Part shown: positions 41,483 to 52,055 of the stretch, piece by piece
Layout: each line of letters begins with the position of its first letter
How positions within the stretch are numbered: position 1 is the first letter of the stretch
DNA from: a virus
Taxonomy: Duplodnaviria > Caudoviricetes
Virus record (IMG/VR): IMGVR_UViG_3300033121_001553
Span: 96,001-160,000 of that record
DNA length: 64,000 nucleotides
Reading direction: 5' to 3' (one strand)
The notes under the pieces: generated by a model
Seen by the model: only the letters and a program-made list of their open reading frames with translations
What the model was told of the DNA's origin: nothing
Database searches by the model: none
Made by a program: the position numbers and the translations under genes

Positions 41483-43375
41483 ATGAATTCTGAAATTGTA
41501 TTCGTTGCTGACGTTTTCGCAAACGAATTTATCGGTGGAGCTGAGTTGACAACGCAAGCGTTGATCGACAGCTGTAAATTTACTTACACACGCGTACACG
41601 CTAAGGATGTAACAGCTCAGCTAATAGAGCTAAATAAGCACAAATATTGGATTTTTGGGAACTGCTCATCACTTAATTTTGACTTGTTTCCATTGATTAT
41701 CTCGAATCTGAGATATTCAGTTCTCGAGTACGACTACAAATATTGCAAGTACAGAAGTCCAGAAAAACATCAAGCGACAGAAGGACGTTACTGTAACTGT
41801 CATGACACGATTCACGGGCAAACAATTGCAGCATTTTTTTACGCTGCAAAGTCAACATTTTGGATGAGTGAAGCGCAGCAAGACAGGTATACAACGAAAT
41901 TTCCATTTCTAATGGAAAAGAAAAATATCGTACTATCGTCAGTATTCGATGATGAGTTTTTCGCTGCTGTTAAAATTCTAAATGAAAGATACAAAGATCA
42001 CAATAGAACCAAATGGATCGTGCTAGGCTCAGATTCCTGGGTGAAGGGGTATTCAGCAGCAAAGCAGTATTGCGATTCAAGGTCACTAGATTACGAAGTC
42101 ATATCTGGAGTAGCTCCAGGAACGATGCTAGATATTCTTGCGCGTGCAAAAGGGCTCGTGTACCTACCAAATGGCCCAGATACATGTCCAAGACTCGTAA
42201 TAGAAGCAAAATTGCTTGGATGCGAGCTAGTGCTAAATGACTACGTTCAGCATCGATACGAGAGTTGGTTCGATACAGACGATAAGCTAGCAATTACAGA
42301 GTATCTGTACTCAGCAAGAGATACTTTCTGGAAGCAGATCGAAACTGACATGAGCTGGCAGCCAAAACTCAGTGGTTACACCACGACGTACAACTGCATC
42401 AAACAGAATTACCCATTTGTTCAAAGCATCGACTCGATGCTAGGATTCTGTGACGAGATCTGCGTCGTCGATGGAGGATCGACGGATGGTACGTACGAGA
42501 CGTTGCTCAGGCTAGCTGCGGAGACAGTCGTACAGGATCCTAAGACAGGTGAGCCTGTCCTCAAGATCAGGGTCAAACAAATCGAACGTGACTGGAAATC
42601 ACCAGGATTTTCAGTTTTCGACGGTATGCAGAAGGCAGAAGCACGCGCAATGTGCAAAAATGAATTTCTATGGCAGCAAGATGTCGATGAAATCGTTCAT
42701 GAAGATGACTACGATAAGATCAAGAAGCTAGCAGCATCAATGAATGCTGGACTAGAGCTTGTTTCGTTGCCTGTTATTGAATACTGGGGCAGCGCTGATA
42801 AAGTCCGTATCGATGTTACTCCGTGGAAATGGCGTCTCAGTAGAAATAATCGTAACATAACGCATGGCGCACCTGCAAATTTGCGTGTTTATGGAAAAGA
42901 TGGCAAGCTTGAGAAATTTTTGCCCGGAACAGACGGCTGCGATATGATCTACGCTGATACAGGTCAGCCGGTGCCGCATGTAACATTTTACGATGCAAAA
43001 GCAAACTCTTTGCGTAGTCATGCATTGTCTGGTAATGGAATGGCGTTGAAGCAGTATGAAGAATGGTTCAACAGCGCAGTAAATGAACTTCCATGTGTAT
43101 TTCACTACAGCTGGTTTGATATCAAAAGAAAAATAAAGTTGTACAGAGACTACTGGCTAGATCACTGGTCAGATATGTACGAACGTCGCAAGGGCGATAA
43201 TCTTTTCTTTGATAAACCATGGAATGAAGTAACAGACGAAGAGATACACGAACTTGCAATTAAGCTTGCAACTGAAACTGGTGGGCATGTGTTTCATTCT
43301 CGTTGGAGTGGTAAACGTACTCCTCACATTAAAGTGAACAGAACGCAGCCAGCGATTATGTTGTCAAGTAAATGA
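41483..43375 (+). CDS. Two-domain glycosyltransferase (GT-B-like + GT2)
   Basis: DTCPRLVIEAKLLGC; EICVVDGGSTDGT; QQDVDE. Confidence 0.8.
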   Translation: MNSEIVFVADVFANEFIGGAELTTQALIDSCKFTYTRVHAKDVTAQLIELNKHKYWIFGNCSSLNFDLFPLIISNLRYSVLEYDYKYCKYRSPEKHQATEGRYCNCHDTIHGQTIAAFFYAAKSTFWMSEAQQDRYTTKFPFLMEKKNIVLSSVFDDEFFAAVKILNERYKDHNRTKWIVLGSDSWVKGYSAAKQYCDSRSLDYEVISGVAPGTMLDILARAKGLVYLPNGPDTCPRLVIEAKLLGCELVLNDYVQHRYESWFDTDDKLAITEYLYSARDTFWKQIETDMSWQPKLSGYTTTYNCIKQNYPFVQSIDSMLGFCDEICVVDGGSTDGTYETLLRLAAETVVQDPKTGEPVLKIRVKQIERDWKSPGFSVFDGMQKAEARAMCKNEFLWQQDVDEIVHEDDYDKIKKLAASMNAGLELVSLPVIEYWGSADKVRIDVTPWKWRLSRNNRNITHGAPANLRVYGKDGKLEKFLPGTDGCDMIYADTGQPVPHVTFYDAKANSLRSHALSGNGMALKQYEEWFNSAVNELPCVFHYSWFDIKRKIKLYRDYWLDHWSDMYERRKGDNLFFDKPWNEVTDEEIHELAIKLATETGGHVFHSRWSGKRTPHIKVNRTQPAIMLSSK

Positions 43376-44274
43376 TAACGATTGCAATAGTCTCGCACAA
43401 TAGAGCAAAATACTTGCTAGCATTGCTTCGCAGCCTTGATCCAAAGTATCTCGTTGATCAAGGCTGCGAAGTGATCGTGGTTGATAACGCGTCAGTCGAA
43501 AAAGAGATCGAAGCAGCACTTTCATTCGAATGTGTGAATGTGATCAGGAGAACAGACACCCCAGACTGGATCAACGATGAGTACATTGCAAAAAATATTG
43601 CGATTAAGGCTGCAAAGCATAAAACAATTTTGTTTTTGCAAGATGACATGCAACTGTTGTTTGAGCCAAGAGCGCTCCTGTTCGCTGCGCAGCAATTTGA
43701 ACAGTTGAACGTGAATTCTGTTTCGCTTACTGCTGCGAGAGGTACGACAACAGACGCGATGCTAGACTATAACGACGTAAAGAAGTACAAGAATTTCGTT
43801 ACATATCATATAGCAGACGATCATATATGCACAACAGGATTCTTCAGAAAAGAGCTATTTGACAAAGTTGGGTTGTATGTTGAAGATCATGCAACGTCTG
43901 CAACTAACTGGGGGAAGTCAGAAGATGAGTTTAATTTCAGAGCTCATCAGATACTGGGAACTGGTCAGTCGTATCATGCTAAAGTCCCGCTGTTCGCATC
44001 CGTATGGAACGATCCACGTGGCGGTTACGCTATTATGAGAGATGGTAAGCGTCATGGACACTACACCGATCCAGTAAGCGAAACAGGTCTTTACTACAAG
44101 CAGCACACCATAAATAACTGGATTTTCATGAATGCGTACACAGGTCAAAAACGTTACACATTTACTAGTGTTGCATCTCCGCTTGGTTGGACATACAAAA
44201 CTGACTCTAGCGGAGAACAGTACAAATTTCCACAAAAACAGCTTATAGTAGAAGGCCCGTCAACGCTACCATGA
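43372..44274 (+). CDS. Glycosyltransferase family 2
   Basis: IAIVSHNR, VIVVDNAS, LFLQDD, WGKSED. Confidence 0.8.
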   Translation: MITIAIVSHNRAKYLLALLRSLDPKYLVDQGCEVIVVDNASVEKEIEAALSFECVNVIRRTDTPDWINDEYIAKNIAIKAAKHKTILFLQDDMQLLFEPRALLFAAQQFEQLNVNSVSLTAARGTTTDAMLDYNDVKKYKNFVTYHIADDHICTTGFFRKELFDKVGLYVEDHATSATNWGKSEDEFNFRAHQILGTGQSYHAKVPLFASVWNDPRGGYAIMRDGKRHGHYTDPVSETGLYYKQHTINNWIFMNAYTGQKRYTFTSVASPLGWTYKTDSSGEQYKFPQKQLIVEGPSTLP

Positions 44275-45026
44275 AAAATAATAGATTTGTTTTTATTGCA
44301 CCAATGTATAATGCGTCGAAAACGCTTCCACGTATGCTTCATTCGATATGTGGACAGTCGTACAGCAACTGGAAGCTTTTTCTTATTGATGACGTATCAA
44401 ACGAAAACGAATGTCGAAAAATAGAAGCGATAATTGACTCTTTTGAAGATACGCTTATTACATGTAATGAAGAAATAAAAATTAACGTATACTGGAACGG
44501 TAAAAATGGACGTGGTAAGCAATGGGAAGTTTCAAATGTGCTGTACGGCGTATCGATGTGCGAAGACGATGACATCGTATGTAGAATAGACGCAGATGAC
44601 TGGCTAACAGATCTGGACGCTCTTCACATCATAAATTACTTCTACAATGAGCTATCATGTGACACGTTGTGGACATCACATCGTTGGTCATACACAGATA
44701 AAAATATTTCTGCCCCAATGCCAGATACAGCCGATCCATACAGCTATCCATGGGTAACAAGTCACCTAAAAACGTTCAGAAAGCATCTTCTGAATAGCGT
44801 AAATGACGTTAATTTTCGTGGACAAGACGGTAAATACATAAAAAGAGCAGGTGATCAAGCGATTTATCTGCCAGCATTGAAAAATTCAAAAAAACGTGTA
44901 TATTTGCCAAGAGTAATGTATCATTACACAATAGATGAACAAAATGGTGCTGTTTATCAAACAGATGACGCAAAATTTCAAAAAAGCGAAGCTGACTTCA
45001 TAAGAGCCAGGGGATACGTCAAATGA
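44271..45026 (+). CDS. Glycosyltransferase family 2
   Basis: IAPMYNA, LIDDVS, RIDADDWL. Confidence 0.85.
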   Translation: MKNNRFVFIAPMYNASKTLPRMLHSICGQSYSNWKLFLIDDVSNENECRKIEAIIDSFEDTLITCNEEIKINVYWNGKNGRGKQWEVSNVLYGVSMCEDDDIVCRIDADDWLTDLDALHIINYFYNELSCDTLWTSHRWSYTDKNISAPMPDTADPYSYPWVTSHLKTFRKHLLNSVNDVNFRGQDGKYIKRAGDQAIYLPALKNSKKRVYLPRVMYHYTIDEQNGAVYQTDDAKFQKSEADFIRARGYVK

Positions 45027-45943
45027 AAATTTACGTTCTTGCGCCAAAAGAAGATTGGATCTGTGATAGATTCGTAAAAGAGTGGTCGCAAGATAATACT
45101 GATATCACAACCGACAACATTCATGATGCAGATATCATATGGCTGCTTGCTGACTGGTGCTGGAATCAAATCAGTCCACACATACTTAGATCGAAAATCG
45201 TCGTAGCGACAGTTCATCATCTTGTTCCATCAAAGATGACATATCGAGCACGTAAAGAATTTGCTGAACGTGATGAATACATTGATCTATACCACGTACC
45301 GAATGTTCATACTAGACTTCAAATACTTGAGCTTACAGAAAAATCGAAATGCACAATTCCATTTTGGGCAAATCAAAAAATCTGGAAACGCACTAACGAT
45401 AAAAAGACACTTAGAAAAAAGTATGGAATTGATGAAGATGCGTACATAGTCGGTTCATTTCAACGAGATACAGAAGGTAGCGATCTCGTAACTCCAAAAT
45501 ATGAAAAAGGTCCGGACCTGTTGGCTGACTATCTTGAGAAGATAAAGTCAGATAATCTTCATGTGCTTCTTAGCGGTTGGAGAAGGCAATACATCATAAA
45601 GCGCATCGAAGATGCGGGAATAAACTACACATATATTCAGCTTCCACAGCAGCATGTGATCAATGAACTTTATCAAACGCTTGACCTGTATCCTGTCACT
45701 GCAAGATACGAAGGTGGACCACAGTCACTTGTAGAATGCGGAATGCTTAATGTTCCTGTCGTATCAAGAGACGTAGGCATTGCAAGCGTTGTGCTGCCAA
45801 AAGAAGCAATTAACGATGATGTTTCGCTTGCTACACCAGCCATACCAAATGTAGCTGAGCTTTTGCTTCCGCTTGGATACGACAAATTCAGAGAGATGTT
45901 TTACAATCTTTACTCAAGTACTACACGATATGAAAAGATTTTA
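45023..45943 (+). CDS. Glycosyltransferase family 4-like, TTA stop
   Basis: KGPD, ARYEGGPQSLVECG, VVSRDVG; TTA removes 144 nt of overlap with the next gene. Confidence 0.8.
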
Positions 45944-46172
45944 TCTTCAAAGAGACGCAGATCACTCAGGCGTATCTGGCACCGGGAAAGTAGCAGAAGG
46001 CTGTCAGTTCGATACAAAGTGGTGTGCGTTGATATGGCTTACAGAGAAGTCATCCATGTGTTTCTACCCAGACATAGAAACGCTTGAGCATATTCATGGT
46101 CACAGCGGAAAAACAAAGATTGTCTGGATAGATGATGAATCTTCTAACGTGGTGATTCAAAATGATAATTTA
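45930..46172 (+). CDS. Small conserved phage protein, TTA stop
   Basis: FYLQRDADHSGVSGTGKVAEG...HIHGHSGKTKIVW. Confidence 0.65.
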
Positions 46173-47109
46173 CGTGAATAGAGAAACGATAAGAAAACCG
46201 TGGGGCGGCGGTGCACATTACGTTAATGCGATATTCGACAACTGTAATGAAAACGTTGTTATCGACGATATAAGAACATTTCACTCTTACTCGTCTCTTC
46301 AAGCTCGTGGTGATGCTGTGATGCTGTGCTGTGGACTCGATGGAGATGATAAGCATCCAGTCGTAGAAGAGATGATAAACTACAGAAATTATGTTCGTGA
46401 TAATTCTAGCACTTCGATAAAATTCTGTATCAGAGTTAATGAATGTGATGCACGAAAAGGTACGGTTGGCGTTGACCAGCGTGTTATGAAAGCGATAGCA
46501 GAAGCTGATGGTGTAATTTTCGTATCAGAATGGATGCGCGACTACTACACGTCACTCGGCGCTGCTCCAAAGCAATATGCTGTTATTTACAATGGTGTAG
46601 ACAACGAAATTTATCATAAAAATGATAAGCCCAAGTCTTCAAACATTAGCGTTGTAACTCATCATTGGTCGAATAACCAAATGAAAGGATTTGATATTTA
46701 CGACGAACTTGACAGAGCACTTGGTGGTGAGCTTGGCAAAAAAATTGACTTTACGTACGTTGGACGTGACAGAGGAACATTCAAAAATACAAAAGTTGTT
46801 CAACCGCTGTACGGAGATGCACTCGGTAATGAACTACGCAAGCACAACGTATACATCTCAGCGAGCAGATTCGATCCGGGACCAAATCATATCATCGAAG
46901 CGCTCGCTTGCTTCGATAATGTGTACGTCCACGCTGACGGTGGTGGATGCGTTGAATTTGCGGGAAATGATGCTACGTACAGAACGTTTGAAGAACTAGT
47001 TAACATGATACTGTCAAGAAAGTCAAATGCTAACGCAAAAAGTTTTGGTAGCTGGGAACAATGCGCAAAACAAACCTTCGAATTTCTTAAATTGGTATCT
47101 ACGAAATGA
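46162..47109 (+). CDS. Glycosyltransferase family 4-like
   Basis: PWGGG, VIYNGVD, KGFD, SRFDPGPNHIIEALA. Confidence 0.8.
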   Translation: MIIYVNRETIRKPWGGGAHYVNAIFDNCNENVVIDDIRTFHSYSSLQARGDAVMLCCGLDGDDKHPVVEEMINYRNYVRDNSSTSIKFCIRVNECDARKGTVGVDQRVMKAIAEADGVIFVSEWMRDYYTSLGAAPKQYAVIYNGVDNEIYHKNDKPKSSNISVVTHHWSNNQMKGFDIYDELDRALGGELGKKIDFTYVGRDRGTFKNTKVVQPLYGDALGNELRKHNVYISASRFDPGPNHIIEALACFDNVYVHADGGGCVEFAGNDATYRTFEELVNMILSRKSNANAKSFGSWEQCAKQTFEFLKLVSTK

Positions 47110-47540
47110 AAACAGCAAAAGTACCAGTTACAGACTACTACGGTTATCCACCAAGCAAGTTCGAAGGTCTTGTTGAAGATCTGATAGCGAAGAGGCTACA
47201 AGAGCTTGTCGAAGATGGAGTTACATTCGATGTAAACACGTCAGCCGTAATATCAAATCGTGAGTTGTGCAGCAGGGTTTATCTGATCATTCATGGCGTT
47301 ATAGAAGAATGCCTGCAGATCTGTAAGCTTGAGTCAACACGTGAATGCGTAGGTTACATCGTTCAGTCGTATTACAGCTCAATGCAAATAAACGATGCAT
47401 TTTATTTTGATAAATCAATAATAGAGCAACGTATTACAGTTGAAGATGTTCAAACTGCAGAGCTTAAAAAATTCGGTCCACTGTTTAGAGATGCTGACTT
47501 TGGAGTCGACATGATAAATGAGCTCAAGAGACGTAACTGA
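47106..47540 (+). CDS. Hypothetical protein
   Basis: ATGA-coupled 144-aa ORF. Confidence 0.6.
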   Translation: MKTAKVPVTDYYGYPPSKFEGLVEDLIAKRLQELVEDGVTFDVNTSAVISNRELCSRVYLIIHGVIEECLQICKLESTRECVGYIVQSYYSSMQINDAFYFDKSIIEQRITVEDVQTAELKKFGPLFRDADFGVDMINELKRRN

Positions 47541-48283
47541 CGTAGCAAACCGTTTCCATTCGAACATTCACTTATCAACGCTGCTGTATCTATCCATCCC
47601 ACTACAACGCGTGTGCCAAGTCCAGCAGCGCTAGGACCTGTATCTGTAGCAGATAGATACGGCAAACCATTTTTTTCTATTAGCTTACGTTTGCGTATTT
47701 TTACGCACTGCCCGCCATCGTCAACTTGACCTGCGTCTACGCTTGTTAGAACGTTATCATCCCACGAACATGCTATTAGTACATGTTCTAGGCCACCCTC
47801 TCCTATGATTACGATATCTCCAGGACGTGGCTTTATATCAAGTGTACGCTTAATCCAGAATTGTTTGCCGTGCTTTTTCTCTAGCGCAGGTGCTCCGTAG
47901 ACTAGCTTTGAAACGTTTACAGACACTTTCCACGCACTCATTTTTTCGTCGTCTTCGATATAGCCATTCCAGTTGTCGTCATCGCGGTTGACAATAACTG
48001 GATCTGTTACTCCGTTCATCGACAAGATACAGTGCGCAAGATCTGCGCATGTTGAGTATCCCTTCCAGACATGTCTCCCTTCTGTAACAAAAAATAGTTT
48101 ACAATTTTGATCGTATGATGCATTTTTTGACTGAGATGCATCACTAAAGTACATTGCAGTATTGATAACATTCTCTGAGATTCCTTCACCTGAAAGCGAA
48201 CGCGGATCGACATGATCAAATTTCGATGTAACATTTTCAACTATTTCTTGACGTTTCGCTATCCAGTCATTGTACGTTATCAT
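47534..48283 (-). CDS. CHAP/NlpC-like Cys-His hydrolase (possible peptidoglycan amidase), TTA stop
   Basis: YSTCADLAH...PRPGDIVII....HVLI...SVDAGQ; ATACTTA motif and AAGGTGATC SD upstream. Confidence 0.55.
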
Positions 48284-48309
48284 TTGATCACCTTACCTTT
48301 AAGTATTCA

Positions 48310-49254
48310 ATGAAGATACTCTTTTCAAACGTAAATTTTGGATCTCGCACAGGACCAAATACATTTGCAATGCGACTTGCGCTGCAGCTAGGTAATATGG
48401 GTCATGTTATCGCAGATCCAAATGACTATGATGTTGAGCTAACATTTATAGAAAATTCAGCCGGTAGGCTGAGTAGACCAGTTGTGCAAAGACTGGACGG
48501 TATCTGGTTTAAGCCCGATGAGTATCATCTTAATAGCAGAATACAGTCGCTTTATAAGTCTAGTGACTATGTCGTGTGGCAGTCAGATTTTGATCGTCGC
48601 ATGACAATAAAGCATTTTGGTGAAAAAATTTCCGGTGTCGTCATCAGTAATGGGTATCCGCTAAATAATGTGTCTTCGACTGTATACGAGATACACGAAG
48701 AAATTTTCAATCTAAAAAACGAATATGACGTTATCTTCTGTTCATCTGCGAATTGGCATCCACAAAAACGTCTTACTGCAAACTACGATCTTTTTAAACT
48801 ATGCGAAAAGCAGCTACGTAGCAACGGTAAGAAAGCTGCGTACATCATCATGGGTTCATCACCAGATATACGCATATCAGACAAAAATGTATTTTTTACT
48901 GGCAATGTAGAGCACGATGTGTGTTCATCTGTATACAGAGTGTCAGACTACATGATACATCTAGCGTGGCTTGATCACTGTCCAAATACAGTCGTCGAAG
49001 CGATAGCGCATGAATGTCCTGTCATATGTTCAAGCAGCGGTGGTACTCATGAGATTGTTAGTCCGTCTGGCGGTATAGTGATACAAGATGCAGACTACGG
49101 ATTCGAGCTAATGAACTACGATCGACCACCAAACATAGACATATCAAATTTCGTACTTCCAGCAGAAAAACCAAAAATCAACGCTGCATGCATTGACATT
49201 GTGAATGTCGCTAAGAAATATGAGCTTGTGTTCAATAAATTGTGTAATAAGTGA
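48310..49254 (+). CDS. Glycosyltransferase family 4-like
   Basis: QRLDG, VISNG, DHCPNTVVEAIAHECPVI..SSGGTHEIV. Confidence 0.8.
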   Translation: MKILFSNVNFGSRTGPNTFAMRLALQLGNMGHVIADPNDYDVELTFIENSAGRLSRPVVQRLDGIWFKPDEYHLNSRIQSLYKSSDYVVWQSDFDRRMTIKHFGEKISGVVISNGYPLNNVSSTVYEIHEEIFNLKNEYDVIFCSSANWHPQKRLTANYDLFKLCEKQLRSNGKKAAYIIMGSSPDIRISDKNVFFTGNVEHDVCSSVYRVSDYMIHLAWLDHCPNTVVEAIAHECPVICSSSGGTHEIVSPSGGIVIQDADYGFELMNYDRPPNIDISNFVLPAEKPKINAACIDIVNVAKKYELVFNKLCNK

Positions 49255-49279
49255 ACAAAACTTATATATTGTGATAATA

Positions 49280-50404
49280 ATGCAAAAAAAGTACGACTAC
49301 GCGATTGTTGGCGCTGGACTATTTGGCGCAACGTTCGCTGAACGTGTGAAGCATTTCAACCCGTCTGCTAGAATTCTTGTAATCGACAAAAGAGATCACA
49401 TCGCTGGAAACTGCTACACTAGACGTGAAGATAACTACGATGTTCATGTTTACGGACCGCATATATTTCATACCAGCTCTGAGCGTATTTGGAATTACGT
49501 TAATAAATTTTCAAAGTTTAATAACTTTACGCTTAGAACAAAAGCGATGTACAAAAATCGCATTTATTCACTTCCTGTAAATTTGATGACGTTTCACCAA
49601 GTGTTCGGTGTGACTACGCCAAGCGAAGCAAAGAAACGCGTTGAATACGAAATACGTGCAGCTGCATCAAAAGGATACGACACTACAACATTCGAAGGAT
49701 GGGCACGTACACAAGTAGGCGATACGCTTTACGAGATGTTCTACGATGGGTACACAAGAAAACAGTGGGGTAGACACCCAAATGAGCTGCCAGCTAGTAT
49801 TGCAAAACGTCTCCCGATACGTTTTATGTACGACGACAATTACTTTAACGATACGTATCAAGGGATACCTGTCGATGGCTACACAGCTATCGTAGATAAG
49901 ATGCTGAGAGATACAGACGTACAGCTGAACACAGACTTTTTCGCTGAGCGCACTTTGATTGAAACGTTGGCTAATAAGATTGTCTATACTGGTCCAATCG
50001 ACGCACTACTCAACTATAAACACGGCAAGCTTGAGTATAGATCGCTGAAATTTGAACACAGCACGTTCAAAGGCGATTATCAAGGCAATGCTATCATCAA
50101 CTATACAGATGTCGCTCAAAAGTGGACTCGTATTGTTGAGCATAAGCACTTTGTCGGCTCAACGTCAGAAAATTCGATATTCACAAAAGAATTTCCTGCA
50201 TCGTACGAAAGTACGAATGAGCCTTATTATCCCGTAAATGACACAAAAAATAACGATATCGCATCATTGTACGCTGAAGATGCAAAAAAATTGAGCAATT
50301 ATATCGTTGGTGGACGACTTGGAAGTTATCGTTATTATGATATGCATCAAGTGATTGCTGAAGCTTTGACAGCTGCACAAAAAGAAGGCTACTATGAAAA
50401 ATGA
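49280..50404 (+). CDS. glf: UDP-galactopyranose mutase
   Basis: IVGAGLFG, HIAGNCY, YGPHIFHT, YTRKQWG, YFNDTYQGIP, LEYRSL, EPYYP, GRLGSYRYYDMHQ. Confidence 0.95.
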   Translation: MQKKYDYAIVGAGLFGATFAERVKHFNPSARILVIDKRDHIAGNCYTRREDNYDVHVYGPHIFHTSSERIWNYVNKFSKFNNFTLRTKAMYKNRIYSLPVNLMTFHQVFGVTTPSEAKKRVEYEIRAAASKGYDTTTFEGWARTQVGDTLYEMFYDGYTRKQWGRHPNELPASIAKRLPIRFMYDDNYFNDTYQGIPVDGYTAIVDKMLRDTDVQLNTDFFAERTLIETLANKIVYTGPIDALLNYKHGKLEYRSLKFEHSTFKGDYQGNAIINYTDVAQKWTRIVEHKHFVGSTSENSIFTKEFPASYESTNEPYYPVNDTKNNDIASLYAEDAKKLSNYIVGGRLGSYRYYDMHQVIAEALTAAQKEGYYEK

Positions 50405-52055
50405 TTCTTACGTACTTGGGTTCTGGTCGGGTCATGATGCGTCTTACTGCGTTCTTGATGGTAGAGGCAGTATCGTTAGACACGTCGAGCTTGAACGTTA
50501 CGTACGCCAAAAAGAGTGCGCAGGAGACATAGTTGAGTTTTTTCTTAACAATCACGCTAGCTCATTCGATCTTTCGAAAGTCGTTGGAATCGCGTTGTGT
50601 CACAATTCAAAAAATGTGACAGAAAAATACGCTGTGTCTTGGAACAAGTTGCTTTCACTTATCCCACCAGATGTCGTAATCTCAACGTACGGTCATCACG
50701 AGGCTCACGCTGCGCATGCATATTACAGCTCGCCGCATGATTCTGCGCTTGTTGTAACATGCGATGGAGGTGGATACGAAGATGAAAGCTGCGGAGAAAC
50801 CGTAACAGGTACATGGTGGAAAGCAAAAAATAACGTTATCGAACGTGTGAAGCGTTTTGAATCAAATACGATAAATGTTGGTGGTCTATGGACACGCGTT
50901 ACAAGATATGTTTTTAGATGTGAAAGCGGATGGCCGCAAGGACATCAGGCTGGCACAATAATGGCAATGGCAGCATTGGGTAATTCAAGTCTATGGAAAG
51001 ATGACTTTAGACTGATGTTTACACGTGATCATGCTGCAGCATGTTCAACGCCAGCTGGACATGTGAAGGGAATGAGCGCAAAAGATCCTCGTTCGCCAAA
51101 GCATAGCTTTCTACATAAGTGGGAAGAGCTAGCAAAAGATGAACAGACAAAATTTGATCTAGCTGCAGCATTTCAAGAGTGCACAGAAGAATATCTAGTC
51201 AAGCATTTCTCAGAGCTCGTGAATACTGTTGGCATTGGAGACAGCTACGATTGTGTATGTTTTGCTGGTGGTGTAGCGTTGAACTCTGTCGCAGTTGGCA
51301 AGCTTGAACGTGCAATAGGAAAGCAAATTTTTGTTCCACCTGTTCCTTACGATGGTGGGCTGTGTATAGGAGCCGCTCAGATACTGCTGCATAGACACTT
51401 TGGTGTTCCAAAGCTGAACTCGTTTTGTAGTCCGTACATGGGAGCAACATACAGCACCATCGAAATTGAGCAAGCCATCACATCAGCTCAACTTGAAAAT
51501 TACGTGATTAAACACAATGTTGAACTTAACGATGTAGTCAATGCACTTGCCGATCAAAAGATTGTTGCAGTATTCAACGGTAGCGCTGAAAGCGGTAGGC
51601 GCGCGCTTGGCAATCGTTCGATTCTTGCAGATCCACGCATGCATGCAATGAAGGCAAAGATAAACGAAAATGTGAAACATCGACAGTGGTTTAGACCATT
51701 CGCTCCATCGATACTACAGAAGCACGTTGCTGACTGGTTTGAACACGTCGTCTACAGCCCGTACATGACTCATGTCGTAAAATTCAAACATGACGCTGCA
51801 AAAAAAGTTCCCGCTGTTGTTCATTACGACGGATCTGCAAGACTGCAGACAGTGAATACATTCAATCAGTTTTACAATACGCTGCTTGAACTATGGAATG
51901 AAAAAACAGGTGTACCGATATTGCTTAATACATCTTTTAACGATCGAGAACCGATATGCGAAACGCCAAAGCACGCAATCGATTGTTTTCTTCGAACTGA
52001 TATAGATGCGCTCTATTTTAACGATGCTAATATAATGATCGAAAGAAAATCATGA
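50394..52055 (+). CDS. NodU/CmcH-family O-carbamoyltransferase
   Basis: GHDAS, HHEAHAA, AGGVALN, RALGNRSILADP, RQWFRPFAP, HYDGSARLQ, LLNTSFN. Confidence 0.92.
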   Translation: MKNDSYVLGFWSGHDASYCVLDGRGSIVRHVELERYVRQKECAGDIVEFFLNNHASSFDLSKVVGIALCHNSKNVTEKYAVSWNKLLSLIPPDVVISTYGHHEAHAAHAYYSSPHDSALVVTCDGGGYEDESCGETVTGTWWKAKNNVIERVKRFESNTINVGGLWTRVTRYVFRCESGWPQGHQAGTIMAMAALGNSSLWKDDFRLMFTRDHAAACSTPAGHVKGMSAKDPRSPKHSFLHKWEELAKDEQTKFDLAAAFQECTEEYLVKHFSELVNTVGIGDSYDCVCFAGGVALNSVAVGKLERAIGKQIFVPPVPYDGGLCIGAAQILLHRHFGVPKLNSFCSPYMGATYSTIEIEQAITSAQLENYVIKHNVELNDVVNALADQKIVAVFNGSAESGRRALGNRSILADPRMHAMKAKINENVKHRQWFRPFAPSILQKHVADWFEHVVYSPYMTHVVKFKHDAAKKVPAVVHYDGSARLQTVNTFNQFYNTLLELWNEKTGVPILLNTSFNDREPICETPKHAIDCFLRTDIDALYFNDANIMIERKS

